Part shown: in pieces, positions 27,305 through 41,139 of the stretch
How positions within the stretch are numbered: position 1 is the first letter of the stretch
Layout: each line of letters begins with the position of its first letter
Notes under the pieces: generated by a model
Told to the model about the DNA's origin: nothing
Database searches by the model: none
What the model saw: the letters and a program-made list of their open reading frames with translations, nothing else
Program-made: the position numbers and the translations under genes
Origin: Octopus bimaculoides
Taxonomy: Eukaryota
NCBI RefSeq assembly: GCF_001194135.2
Contig: NC_068996.1
Span: forward strand, 27,629,319 to 27,693,318
DNA: 64,000 nucleotides
Direction: 5' to 3'

Positions 27305-28081
27305 NNNNNNNNNNNNNNNNNNNNNNNNNNNNNNNNNNNNNNNNNNNNNNNNNNNNNNGAGGAGGAGGAGGAGGGCAATAATGTTGATAATTTTATTGAT
27401 TTCTAACATAGGCACAAGACCAGGATTTGGCGTGGGGGCAGTAAATTAAATTGATTCCAATACTTGACTTTATGTTATTGACACCTAAACTGGTGCTCTA
27501 TCAGTTACAATGATGAGGGCTCCAGATGATCTGATCAATAGAACAGGTTGCTCATAAAATTAACATGCAAGTGGCTGAGCACTCCACAGACATGCATAAC
27601 CTTGATGTAGTTCTCAAGGAGATTCAGGATGACACAAATATGACAAGGCTGGCCCTTTGAAATACAGGTACTGCTCATTTTTGTCAGCTGAATGGACTGG
27701 AATAATGTGAAATAAAGTGCCTTGCTCAAGAAACACAATGTGTTGCTGGGAATTGAACTCATGACCTTATGATCATGAGCTGAATATCCTAACTACTGAA
27801 CCATGCACCTTCACACCTGAAAGAATCATAGAAAAAGTGGACCACAGTGAAATTTGAACTCAGACTGTAAAATATCATAACTGAACACTTCAAGGCATTT
27901 TTCTGACATTACTAACAATTCTCTTGATGAAAATGATGACAATAATTATGTTAATAAAATTCATGATGATGATGATTGAAGTAGTGGTGGTGATGGTGAT
28001 GGTTGATCATAATGTTAATGATATTAATGATGAGCACGAAAAATTTAAAAAAAAAAAAAGAGAAAAATGACTTTCACTTAC

Positions 28082-28151
28082 TTTTTTCTTTGATAGTCTT
28101 TAGATATGGTGCCAGAGAGAAATGGATAAAATCTGGAGCATATCCCATGGC
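28082..28151 (-). CDS. AtuA/DUF1446-family protein, exon B (70 nt)
   Basis: Translates AMGYAPDFIHFSLAPYLKTIKEK plus 1 nt (GYAPDF motif). Flanked by a ttccaaag acceptor and a gtaagt donor; phase fits both neighbouring exons. Absent from the ORF track. Confidence 0.92.
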
Positions 28152-28595
28152 CTTTGGAATATAATAAATATTACATAAATATTTTCATTTATTTATTTAT
28201 TTATTTCAGAAAATATATTTAAAAACATTCTATGAATAAAAACATGTAACTGTAGATGTTGTCAATAAAGCAGATATAATTTTCTTTTATTTGAAATAGG
28301 TAACATTTGTTTCAATATATTGATATTTTGGACTCTTGATACCAGAACAGAACAAGGACAGAAAGGAATTAAAAGTTCAAATCCATGATATAGAAATTAA
28401 TCATATGAGGACAGAAGATTGTTAAATTCATGCATATTGACTGATAGAAATGTCTGGCTTTATGGTTACGAAGTTGCTTCTTAACCCCATGGTTTTGGGT
28501 TCAGTTCCCCTGTGTGGCACCTTGTTACAACTAAACCATTGTAAGTGGTTTCGGTTGATGGGAACTGAAAAGAAGCCTGTTGTGTGTGTGTGTGT

Positions 28596-28664
<69 letters not shown>

Positions 28665-29968
28665 AGATGTTATTACATGAGTGATGTTATTCATTTCCAA
28701 TCTTTCATGAAAACAAATTTGGCTATGGGAAAAATATTATTTTGCTTGGAAACAGATGAAGGTTGTTGACAGGAAAGGCATCTGGCTGTAGAAATCTGCC
28801 TCAACAGATTCCATCTAAGCCATGAGAGCATGGAAAAGTGGACATTAAATGATTATGATGATGTTGATGTTGATGATATGACTTAGTCAAAAGAAAAGGC
28901 AATGTGCAAGACCCTTTATGGGGCTCTGAAACTGATGAGAGGGAGAGAGAAGTTACTGTCAAACTGAGATTTGGCTCAAATGCTTATCACAGAATGGACT
29001 TTGTTAAAAGCACCAAAGAACCAAGCAAAAGTGTTAAATCAGGTGATGGGTTGAGTCTACCACCCATGTAGCACCATGGTGTGATTTGAAATCAGAAATC
29101 AAAGAGCTGGAACTCATACTGCAGAGTATCTCATCCAACATTCTAGGCTGGTACTTTATTTATTGACCCAACAAATTTTATCCGACTCATGAAAGCATGG
29201 AGAAGTGGATGCTAAAATGAGGGGTGGGTGGGGTGATGAAATGAGTATTACCTATTTCTAAAAAAAAAAATCTACATTGTTGATGACTTCTTTACTTATA
29301 TTTTATAATCATATAAATACATTTTAAAAAATAATATACAATATCTTTTGTTTACTTATTCCAGTCATTAGACTGCAACCGTTGTGGGGCAATGCTTTGA
29401 GGAATTTTACTTGAACTAATCGACCCCAGTACTTGTTTTCTCTTTAAGCCTGGTACTTATTCTATCAATGTCTTTTATTGAACTGCCAAGTTACAGGGAC
29501 ATAAACACACCAACATCGGTTGTCAAGCAGTGGTGGAGGACAAACACAGATATAACAACACACACATATATATATACACAATGGGCTTCTTTTTAGTACC
29601 GTCTACCAAATCCACTCAGAAGGCTTTGGTTGGCCCAAGGCTATAGTAGAAGACACTTGCTCAAGGTGTCATACACTGGAACAGAACCTGGGACTATGTA
29701 GTTGGGAAACAAACCTCTTACCATACAACCATGCCTGGTTAACAGTGAGGATGTAGATGTTGTTGATTAAGTGAAAATATCAGTTGACTTCATCCGGCTT
29801 TCTCTTCCTACATCTCACTACTTCTCATACTAATATAATACAGTATGTTGTACTTTTCCTCAATCACATCCACTTTAGACTACTCAGTATTGGTTAACAA
29901 ATACTCCCTCTTAAGAACCATTATGAATTTGACCTTGTACTAAAATTAGAAGGATTAATAATATTATC

Positions 29969-30570
29969 AGGGCAACAAGCTGGCAGAATCATTAGCACAT
30001 TGACAAAATGCTTAGAGATATTTCTTCTGGTTCTTTACACCATGAATTCAATTTCCACCAAGGTTGTCTTAGCCTTTCATACTTTTTTTTTGGGGGGGGG
30101 GGTAAAATAACTACTATTTAAGTACTGGGGTCAATATAACTGACTTGCCCCTTCTCCTCAAAATTGCTGGCCTTGTGCCTAAATTAAAAATAATTATCAT
30201 TGTGAGCTGGCAGAATTGTTAGTAAAATGCTTATCAGCATTTCGTCTGTCTTTTATGTTGAGTACAAATTCCTCTAAGGTCAACTTTGCCTTTCATCCTT
30301 TTGGGGTCTTTGAAATAAGTACCAGTTGAGCACTGGGGTCGATGATATTGACTTACCACTTCCTCTGAAATTGCTGGCCTTTTGCCAAAATTTGAAATCA
30401 TTATTATGAAATATCTTAGCAGTATTTCTTTGCTTTCCAAGTTCAGATTTTTCTTAGGTCAACTTTGCATTTCAACTCTCCAGGGTTGATGAAACTAAGT
30501 ATCAGTCACATGCAGGGATTAACAATACTGACTAAATCCTTCCCTTTGGTATTGCTGGCCTTGCTTCTAA
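29969..30570 (+). mobile_element. Three tandem degenerate tRNA-derived SINE copies
   Basis: Repeated agctggcagaat...gtcaactttgcctttcatcc...ctggggtc...ttgctggccttgtgcc units. Confidence 0.7.
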
Positions 30571-30586
30571 ATTTAGAAACCTTTTA

Positions 30587-30618
<32 letters not shown>

Positions 30619-31850
30619 ACGCGCACGTATGTGTGTGTGTGTGCATGCACACGCAATGTGTGTGAGTATGTGTGCGTGTGTGTGTGTTTGTTTGTGTGTG
30701 TGTGTGTGTGTGTGTGTTTGTGCACATGCATGTGTGAATGCACATGCAGACAGAACCCTAATACAACGCTCTTTGGTACAAACATACACATGCATGCACA
30801 TCAACATGACTATGTATATGTATTTACATTTTCATATGTAAGTGCATGTATTTCTATTTACTAGTAGCAGTACTGAGCATTGCCTGGTTTATTAAAACCT
30901 AAAATAAATACAATTGCATGAATTCACAACACAAGTTTGGATAAATTGGTTTAAAAAAGGAGCTGACAAAATGTTCACTGATAAAGTGTTCACCCAGAAT
31001 TTCAAAATTTGTTTATTTGTAAGTCTCACTTATACATATAAGTCACACTTGAGTATAAACCACACTTGTGTATAAACCATACCCCTAATTTAGTGTTAAA
31101 TCTTGGTATATTTTTTTTTCCTTCAATAGTTTTTATTTTTGCTCCACCCAGGTTTTTTTCCAGTTAAAATCAAGTATAAAGGTATATGCAACTCGTATAT
31201 GAGTAAACACCCTACATGTATCCAAGCAATTTTGGAGATGTTTCAAACTGAGCTACATGAAGAATGTTGCCCATCAATACCACTGCCGCCACCACCGTCA
31301 TCACCATTGCCAACAAATATATAAATAAACAACCAAGTACAAAATTTAAAATAAAGATTTTACACTTTTTTTTTTGTTATTTTCTGGGAAAACATGCTTC
31401 TTTTTCCTCAAAGATACTTTACTAATTTATATAATTACTCTAAATGAAATATTTTTCTAATCAGTATATTTTTTTATGATGTCCATTGCAGTGCTTGGGG
31501 TTATACAATGTTCCTTACTTTTCTGTTAGGAAAAAACAACAACAAACACTAAAAATAACTAATTTCAGAAAAATTCATATTCTGTGTCTTTTTCCTTGAA
31601 AAGATGTGGTTGTAAGCAAAATTTCAGATATCTAAGTGCAAAACTGGGAACATACATTCACAGTTTTTTTATTAAAATGTTTATACATGTGTGTACATAT
31701 CTATGTGTATGCATGCATGTGTTTGTTTCTGAGCATTATGTGTGTATGTGTAATTGTGTTTGTCTGTCTGTCTCTGTCTGTCTATTTGTAAATATGTATG
31801 TGAATATATTTTGTTTTGTAAGTGAGTGTGTGTGTGAAGATGTGTGTACA

Positions 31851-31893
<43 letters not shown>

Positions 31894-32363
31894 GTATATG
31901 TTCCCAATGTTTAGTATAAGTGCTGAGTCAGACATTCTTACCAAAATGTAGCAATGAGTAAATAAATATTTATGTAGAAGTCACAGAATAGTAAATGATG
32001 AAAAATAGAACAAAGAATAAAATAGTTTATATGTTTCAAACATAATTTTAGCTGTGTTATATGTGCACGTGTGTCTGTGTATGGGTTGGTGCAAGTATGT
32101 ATGCATAATATATATACATATACAGATTCTCTTATTCTTTTACTTGTTTCAGTCATTTGACTGTGGCCATGCTGGAGCACAGCTTTAAAGGGTTTTAGTC
32201 ACAGAAATCAACCACCCCAAGACTTACTCTTTGTAAGCCTAGTACATATTCTATCGATCGCTTTTGCCAAAGCACAAAGTTATGAGGACATAAACACACC
32301 TACATCAGTTGTCAAGCGATAGTGGGAGAACAAACACAGACACAAAGATACACACATAAATAT

Positions 32364-32400
<37 letters not shown>

Positions 32401-33003
32401 NNNNNNNNNNNNNNNNNNNNNNNNNNNNNNNNNNNNNNNNNNNNNNNNNNNNNNNNNNNNNNNNNNNNNNNNNNNNNNNNNNNNNNNNNNNNNNNNNNNN
32501 NNNNNNNNNNNNNNNNNNNNNNNNNNNNNNNNNNNNNNNNNNNNNNNNNNNNNNNNNNNNNNNNNNNNNNNNNNNNNNNNNNNNNNNNNNNNNNNNNNNN
32601 NNNNNNNNNNNNNNNNNNNNNNNNNNNNNNNNNNNNNNNNNNNNNNNNNNNNNNNNNNNNNNNNNNNNNNNNNNNNNNNNNNNNNNNNNNNNNNNNNNNN
32701 NNNNNNNNNNNNNNNNNNNNNNNNNNNNNNNNNNNNNNNNNNNNNNNNNNNNNNNNNNNNNNNNNNNNNNNNNNNNNNNNNNNNNNNNNNNNNNNNNNNN
32801 NNNNNNNNNNNNNNNNNNNNNNNNNNNNNNNNNNNNNNNNNNNNNNNNNNNNNNNNNNNNNNNNNNNNNNNNNNNNNNNNNNNNNNNNNNNNNNNNNNNN
32901 NNNNNNNNNNNNNNNNNNNNNNNNNNNNNNNNNNNNNNNNNNNNNNNNNNNNNNNNNNNNNNNNNNNNNNNNNNNNNNNNNNNNNNNNNNNNNNNNNNNN
33001 NNN

Positions 33004-33298
33004 GCCTTGTAGGGTTTTCGAGCGAGATCGTTGCCAGTGCCCCTGGACTGGCTCTTGTGCGGGTGGCACATAAAAGACACCATTTCGAGCGTGGCCGTTT
33101 TCGTGCGGGTGACACGTAAAAGCACCCACTACACTCTCTGAGTGGTTGGCGTTAGGAAGGGCATCCAGCTGTAGAAACTCTGCCAAATTAGATTGGAGCC
33201 TGGTGTTGCCATCTGGTTTCACCAGTCCTCAGTCAAATCGTCCAACCCATGCTAGCATGGAAAGCGGACATTAAACGATGATGATGATGATGATGATG
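33004..33298 (+). mobile_element. Young (GAT)n-tailed SINE copy
   Basis: Contains ttggcgttaggaagggcatccagctgtagaaac...catggaaagcggacattaaac(gat)n. Confidence 0.8.
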
Positions 33299-33924
33299 CA
33301 ACAGGCTTCTTTCAGTTTCCATCTACCAAATCATCCACTCACAAGGCTTTGGTCAGTCCAAGGCTATGGTAGAAGACACTTGCCCAAGATGTCATGCAGT
33401 GGGGCTACACACATATATGCAAAACAAGGTGGTAAAAATAGCACTTGAATACCAAAGGTAGAGTAATATGTTTTTATATATACTATGGGCTTCCACACAG
33501 TTTTTGTCTATCAAATTCATTCACAAGGCACTGGTCGACCCGAGGCTATAGTAGAAGACACTTGCCCATGGTGCTGTGCAGTGGGACTGAACCAGATGGT
33601 TGCAGATACTCTTTTCTGAATGAAAGAGTGAATGATCACTAGAACTACTCAATGAGAGGTGATCTGGAGCTAAACTAGAACATGTCCATCTATAAATTTC
33701 ATAATGTAGTTTGAGATTATGTCTGAATAAAAGATGGCATGGTCACTTATGGAACATCATTGAACAATAACTGAACAATAACAATAAAGGACATACAGGA
33801 CACTGTAGTCATAGACGCTATGTTAGGGGGAAAAAAGCAAGATGGTCATGACTGGAACATCTCTGATCATAAGTGTTCTTGATAAATTGGCCTGGAATTG
33901 AACAACAACAACAATATTAATTCA

Positions 33925-34270
33925 TCATTATCATTTAACGTCTGCTTTCCATGCTAGCATGGTTTGGACGATTTGACTGAGGACTGGTGAGCCAGATGGC
34001 TACACCAGGCTCCAATCTGATTTGGCAGAGTTTCTACAGCTGGATGCCCTTCCTAACGCCAACTGCTCCGAGAGTGTAGTGGGTGCTTTTACGTGCCACC
34101 GGCACAAAGGCCAGTCAGGCGGTACTGGCAATGGCCATGCTCAAAATGGTGTATTTTATGTGCCACCTGCACAGGAGCCAGTCCAGCGGCACTGGCAACG
34201 ATCTTGCTCGAAAGTCTTTACACGTGCCATGGGCACAAGTGCCAGAAAGGCGATGCAGGGCACAGGTGCC
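33925..34270 (-). mobile_element. Young (GAT)n-tailed SINE copy, inverted relative to 33004-33298
   Basis: Close reverse complement of 33004-33298. Confidence 0.8.
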
Positions 34271-37200
34271 ATGGTTTTAAACTAAGCATTATATGTTTAA
34301 TAAACTTGTACCAAAACCACACAGTTATTATGATGACACAGAAATTTAATTGATTACAAATTAAAGCAGAAGAATAAAGAACAAAAACAGTAAAAATAAA
34401 AATTTTTAAAAACCATGGTCTCTTTTATGACTGGTTTACATTGATTATTTCAACTTTTGTTGGAGTGATAATTTTACAAGCTGATCTCCTCCTCACTGAA
34501 AACCGCTTAACCATGAAGAGCAAATTAAATCTACTTTTTATTTACTTTTTGTCAGTCAGGCACACAAAAGTAGAAAATGTTGTGTACCTTGTTTAGAAAT
34601 TTATAATGTCCTAATCAAAGGAAGAATGGCAACAATCATGACTGCTATAGGAATTCTGAGATTGGGCTGGCAGTGGTGGGAAACAGGTGAAAAGTGTGCT
34701 GTTTATTGTTATTTTCATTACTATAAACAGCCTAACGGTAGAACACTGAAGATTCATGGTACTTAAAAGCAGGGCATGCAATTTTTAAAAATCAAAGACT
34801 TAATTGAAATAGGGCAGACATAGCATGTGTCATATAACCTCTTTCCAGACATCTCTCATAAAAATGAAGGATTTATTTTAAAACTGGGCGATTGTTATTT
34901 GCATTCATTTTTGTACCTTAAGCATGCAGAAAATGCCAGTGATATATATATANNNNNNNNNNNNNNNNNNNNNNNNNNNNNNNNNNNNNNNNNNNNNNNN
35001 NNNNNNNNNNNNNNNNNNNNNNNNNNNNNNNNNNNNNNNNNNNNNNNNNNNNNNNNNNNNNNNNNNNNNNNNNNNNNNNNNNNNNNNNNNNNNNNNNNNN
35101 NNNNNNNNNNNNNNNNNNNNNNNNNNNNNNNNNNNNNNNNNNNNNNNNNNNNNNNNNNNNNNNNNNNNNNNNNNNNNNNNNNNNNNNNNNNNNNNNNNNN
35201 NNNNNNNNNNNNNNNNNNNNNNNNNNNNNNNNNNNNNNNNNNNNNNNNNNNNNNNNNNNNNNNNNNNNNNNNNNNNNNNNNNNNNNNNNNNNNNNNNNNN
35301 NNNNNNNNNNNNNNNNNNNNNNNNNNNNNNNNNNNNNNNNNNNNNNNNNNNNNNNNNNNNNNNNNNNNNNNNNNNNNNNNNNNNNNNNNNNNNNNNNNNN
35401 NNNNNNNNNNNNNNNNNNNNNNNNNNNNNNNNNNNNNNNNNNNNNNNNNNNNNNNNNNNNNNNNNNNNNNNNNNNNNNNNNNNNNNNNNNNNNNNNNNNN
35501 NNNNNNNNNNNNNNNNNNNNNNNNNNNNNNNNNNNNNNNNNNNNNNNNNNNNNNNNNNNNNNNNNNNNNNNNNNNNNNNNNNNNNNNNNNNNNNNNNNNN
35601 NNNNNNNNNNNNNNNNNNNNNNNNNNNNNNNNNNNNNNNNNNNNNNNNNNNNNNNNNNNNNNNNNNNNNNNNNNNNNNNNNNNNNNNNNNNNNNNNNNNN
35701 NNNNNNNNNNNNNNNNNNNNNNNNNNNNNNNNNNNNNNNNNNNNNNNNNNNNNNNNNNNNNNNNNNNNNNNNNNNNNNNNNNNNNNNNNNNNNNNNNNNN
35801 NNNNNNNNNNNNNNNNNNNNNNNNNNNNNNNNNNNNNNNNNNNNNNNNNNNNNNNNNNNNNNNNNNNNNNNNNNNNNNNNNNNNNNNNNNNNNNNNNATG
35901 TAAACAATATGAAATACGAAGACAAACTTTTTTATGTAAACAACGACAGAAACAAATGGAAAACAAGACAAGTAACATAAAGAACAACCCTTCATCAGTC
36001 GTCGACTGTTTATCTACTCCACAATTCGAGCAATTCATGACAATATGTGCCTTTGAGAAACAGTTGCTCCTGTGAACCAAAATGAAATTTGGGATTTGCG
36101 GAGGGTCAAAGTTGGTAACAAAAACAGGACGGTGAAAACAAACAGTGAGGGCCGCTAAGCCAGATGAGGTAAGGTGGCGAACGCTGGAGGAACATTCTTT
36201 GACAGGAGAAAAGATAGGGGAGGAGACAGACAAGAATGCATTTGGTCTGTGCAACAGACTGAAAGAAAAGAAAGATGATTACATGAGGGAAAGAAAGATG
36301 GATGATGTCTACATGTTTACATGTGAGAGTAAAGGAGGAAGAGGGACAGAGGGACAGATAGAAAATGGTGAAGGGGAGAAAAAATAAGAGAAAGAAAGAG
36401 AGTGAGAGAACAGTACAGGGCAGAGTTGCATCAAAATTATATATATGTATGTATGCATGTATATATCATCATTATCATTTTAATATGCACTCGTTCCTGC
36501 TCACAAGTGTCAGACAGAATTTGTTGAGATGAATATTCTATACTCAGATGCTCTTCCCATCATCAGCCCTCATCTATTCCCAAGCAGGGTAATATTTTTC
36601 CATGACTAGACATGTTTTCATGGAAGACTGGAAGTGACAAACACAGCTTGCATCATTGTTACACTCATTTACAACTATCATGCGATGTCAAGTAAGGAGA
36701 CATAATACACACACACACAATGGACTTCTTTCAGTTTTTGTCTACCAAATCTATTTACAAATCTTTAGTAGGCCTTGAGCTATAGAAGACACTTGATCAA
36801 GGTGCCATGCAATAAAACTGAACACAAGTTCACATGGTAGGGAAGCAAACTTTTACCACTCAGCCACAAGCACAGATAAGGCTTCATGGTTATGAAACAT
36901 TCTTCAGAATCATGGTTTTGGGGTTCAGTCCCACTGCTTGATAGGTTTTAATTTAGATCACTTTAAGCCTTTTGTTACCATATTTCTGTCGAAATACACT
37001 GCCTTTGTTTCACTTGATTTTGAAAATAACAAAGAATTTATTAAAATAACTTTGTCATTATTAAGCTGGTATTTGGAACATAAGTTAACATAAAATTTTG
37101 ATGGAAGGTTTTTTTTTTTAGATCACTTTAAAATAGGAAGTATGTATCATAGAACTACGAAACAGTCTGAAATGAGTTGGTATCAAACAGATTAAAAGAA

Positions 37201-38355
37201 GTTCTGGATAATCAATGTCCAGAAAATTGGTGAAGTACATGAATTACAAATTAAATTAGAGGTATGTCTTTAATTTCTTCTTTTTCTCACATTATGTAAT
37301 CTATTTCTCCATTGTTCCAACCAAAAGTACTCAAAACAGGAAAACTGATGTAATTCTTAAACAGGTGCATCTCAGTTCAAAGCTATGGAATGGTAAAGAA
37401 AAGCCAGATTTTTTTTTCTTCTTCCTAAAAGAGTAAAGACTCTAGCAAAGGTGATGCATTAAGATGACATTTGAACTCTATCTAATGGACTATAATTCAA
37501 AATAATAATCAATGCTTCTTAACTGGCCAAAAAAGAAAGCAAAAAAAAAATAATAAATAAACTTGAGATAATCCTCACTGAGAAAGATTTGCTTGGGAAT
37601 AGTTTACTGAGATTCTCTTTATCTTTTTTTCCCCTTTGAGTTACAAACTTCCTAAATGACACTCAAGGTTTCTGCATATATCTTTCAAATACATACACAC
37701 AAATGGAATCATCATCATCATCATCATCATCAGAATCATTTTCTGCACCAGATTTCGCAACAAGTAGGGCATCCAGCCATAGAAAATATGCTTCAACAAA
37801 TTCTGTCTGATTCATGCAATCATGGAAAAGTGGACATTAAAATGATGATGATGATGATGATGATATACACATATGTATGTTTGTGTGTAATGTATTGGGA
37901 GATTATCAGGCTACCATTAAGTCTGCTTGGAAGCAAGCGGGGTTTGACAAGAGGAAGGAATCCAATTGAAGGAAAACTATGCCTCAACATACTCTCATCT
38001 GACCCATGCAAGAATGGAAAAAGTAGATGCTAACAATGATGATTGTGATGATGATAACAACTGTAATGATGATGACTATGGTGACATCCACAATAACAAT
38101 GAGGATGAGGATAGTGATGTTGATGACAAAGACAATGATGATTATTATGATGATAGTGAAGATAACAATGATGATGATGATGACACCAACGACAACAACA
38201 ATGGCATTGATGACGAAATAATAGTATTTAAAAACAAGCATAGTTTTCTTATATTTTAACTATACTATTACCATTTTCTATAAATTTAAGACAAACATTT
38301 TTTGCTATTAGTATTGATGTCTAGACTGATTAATATAGAATTGTGTTTTCTTATA

Positions 38356-38393
<38 letters not shown>

Positions 38394-38614
38394 TAAATTA
38401 TGACACTGTGGTAGATATGACTAGCACCCTCTCTAATTAGTGCAGCAAAATACCTACAATAGAATTGAACTCAAGACCTACTGAACTAAGGATAATTCAC
38501 TAACTTATAAATTGGCTATTTATATTTTGTACAACATAAATGGTTTAAATGAAGGTCATGCTTTTTGCAATAAATTAAGATTTCACTTAAAGATAATTTG
38601 AAAGCAAAACTTAC

Positions 38615-38715
38615 TGGATTCTTCTGTTTGGCAGCAGTAAGTAGTGACATGGTGATTTCTGACAAATAGTCAAAGACAAGGAAATCTATTTTTCCATGAT
38701 GAATAAGTTGTGGAG
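38615..38715 (-). CDS. AtuA/DUF1446-family protein, exon A (first exon found; 101 nt)
   Basis: Translates (A)PQLIHHGKIDFLVFDYLSEITMSLLTAAKQKNP, containing the family DYLxExTM motif. Flanked by a ttttctcag acceptor and a gtaagt donor; ends in phase 0. Confidence 0.93.
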
Positions 38716-39098
38716 CTGAGAAAATAAAATATAAAATACACAAATAACAATTTAAATCTTATACATGTATAAACAAGCACTCATAAAAACATAAACACAT
38801 ATACACACACACTCTTCAGGTTGTACAAATGGAATATAAACTGCTCAATACATCATATCGTAAAGTCTACTCAGCTCATTACAACACTGAGTTTCTTGCA
38901 GGTATGCGTTCATCACTTGAATGAATATAACCCATGCCACCATGGAAAATGGACATTAATGGATGATGATGATGATGACGTGTTTGTGTGTATGTGTATG
39001 TGCATGCACAATAATGTAAATACACACATACTTATATATACATACATACACATACATATGTGTTTGTCTGTGTGTATATATACATGTGTGTATGCATG

Positions 39099-39157
<59 letters not shown>

Positions 39158-39957
39158 ATGTATATATATATATATATATATATNNNNNNNNNNNNNNNNN
39201 NNNNNNNNNNNNNNNNNNNNNNNNNNNNNNNNNNNNNNNNNNNNNNNNNNNNNNNNNNNNNNNNNNNNNNNNNNNNNNNNNNNNNNNNNNNNNNNNNNNN
39301 NNNNNNNNNNNNNNNNNNNNNNNNNNNNNNNNNNNNNNNNNNNNNNNNNNNNNNNNNNNNNNNNNNNNNNNNNNNNNNNNNNNNNNNNNNNNNNNNNNNN
39401 NNNNNNNNNNNNNNNNNNNNNNNNNNNNNNNNNNNNNNNNNNNNNNNNNNNNNNNNNNNNNNNNNNNNNNNNNNNNNNNNNNNNNNNNNNNNNNNNNNNN
39501 NNNNNNNNNNNNNNNNNNNNNNNNNNNNNNNNNNNNNNNNNNNNNNNNNNNNNNNNNNNNNNNNNNNNNNNNNNNNNNNNNNNNNNNNNNNNNNNNNNNN
39601 NNNNNNNNNNNNNNNNNNNNNNNNNNNNNNNNNNNNNNNNNNNNNNNNNNNNNNNNNNNNNNNNNNNNNNNNNNNNNNNNNNNNNNNNNNNNNNNNNNNN
39701 NNNNNNNNNNNNNNNNNNNNNNNNNNNNNNNNNNNNNNNNNNNNNNNNNNNNNNNNNNNNNNNNNNNNNNNNNNNNNNNNNNNNNNNNNNNNNNNNNNNN
39801 NNNNNNNNNNNNNNNNNNNNNNNNNNNNNNNNNNNNNNNNNNNNNNNNNNNNNNNNNNNNNNNNNNNNNNNNNNNNNNNNNNNNNNNNNNNNNNNNNNNN
39901 NNNNNNNNNNNNNNNNNNNNNNNNNNNNNNNNNNNNNNNNNNNNNNNNNNNNNNNNN

Positions 39958-40000
<43 letters not shown>

Positions 40001-40027
40001 TATTTAAAGGGCACAATACATGTCTAA

Positions 40028-40081
40028 GTGCTACTAATAGTTTCATATGTTGAGAAATACTCAAACCTATTCTTCAGGTGC
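40028..40081 (-). ncRNA. Second hammerhead copy with disrupted helix I
   Basis: Minus strand reads GCAC-CTGAAGA-...-GAAAC-tatta-GTA-GCAC. The 3' helix I strand is GCAC rather than GTGC, giving two central mismatches. Confidence 0.55.
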
Positions 40082-41139
40082 AAACCACATATAACGAACT
40101 AAAAAAATTGAATAATAGAAGAAACACCAAAAAATCCAGAAGGCAGCATATAGAAAACACAGAAAGTAAATAACAGAAGAAAAAAAAAACTGAAATGTAA
40201 AAAATAAAAAGTAAAAAGGTAAAAGAGCTATCCTCCTTAGATCTTAAATGATAAGGCTGGAAAGATATCAAGTCAGTCAGAGATAGGTGGAATTTTCCAA
40301 TTTTTCAAAATATATTGATACATATGCATGCAACCACAGAAAATTTATGACATAGAGTTCAATAGAGAGATAGGGATCTTAGATCTGAACAGGATCTGCG
40401 CTCTTTTGGCCAAACAAAGCCTCCATTTATTCAATCCACTCACATAAGTTATGGGTTTCTCAATTATTTTCCATTTAATCATATGTGGTGTTTTGTTATC
40501 TTTCAAAGTCCATATGTAGACCTAGATTTTATCAGGCATGCAAAGAAAATACTATTGTTCAGTAAAGGATTAGCATGGGTCAAAAAGTCGCATAGTGACA
40601 AACTATTTGATGTATCTATGGTGTCATATGATAGCGCCAATGTCTGTGATCTTGTGGGTTTATTTATATTGAACATATTGAGATATAGGTACCCATCTCA
40701 TGACATTGGCCTATACCATGATGACAGTTTGGGTATTTCCCATGGATGTGATGGTCACACTCTTGGGAAAGATAGAAAGCAACTTATTTCTACCTTTAAT
40801 CAATTAGGACTTATAATTACAGTAGCTTCCAATCTCTCTATAGTTGATTATTTAGATGTTTCCTTAGATGTAAACTCCTCCTCATACAAACCTTTCTATA
40901 AGCCTAATGAGAAACTTGCACATATATATAAACAGTCCTGTAATATCTAAAAACCTGATAGCTAATATTAGTAACAGAGTGTCTAACTTCTCTTCTTCTA
41001 AAGAAATTTTCGAGAAAACTGCATCTATTATAACAAGGCCCTAGCCAATAGTGACTTCAAAGATAAATTAATATATAATCCCTCTAATAATAATCAAAAT
41101 ATTAATAATAGATCTATTGGTATCAAAGATAATGTAATA

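Noticed and set aside
35990-36015. CTGATGA-aggg on the minus strand as another hammerhead
   Set aside because: I found no correctly placed GAAA with helix II/III pairing downstream.
32280-40053. Long ORFs of 260-450 aa in the track (also at 8024-8726, 17517-18046 and 54381-54883)
   Set aside because: They consist mostly of X from N-gaps plus SSR translations and are artefacts.
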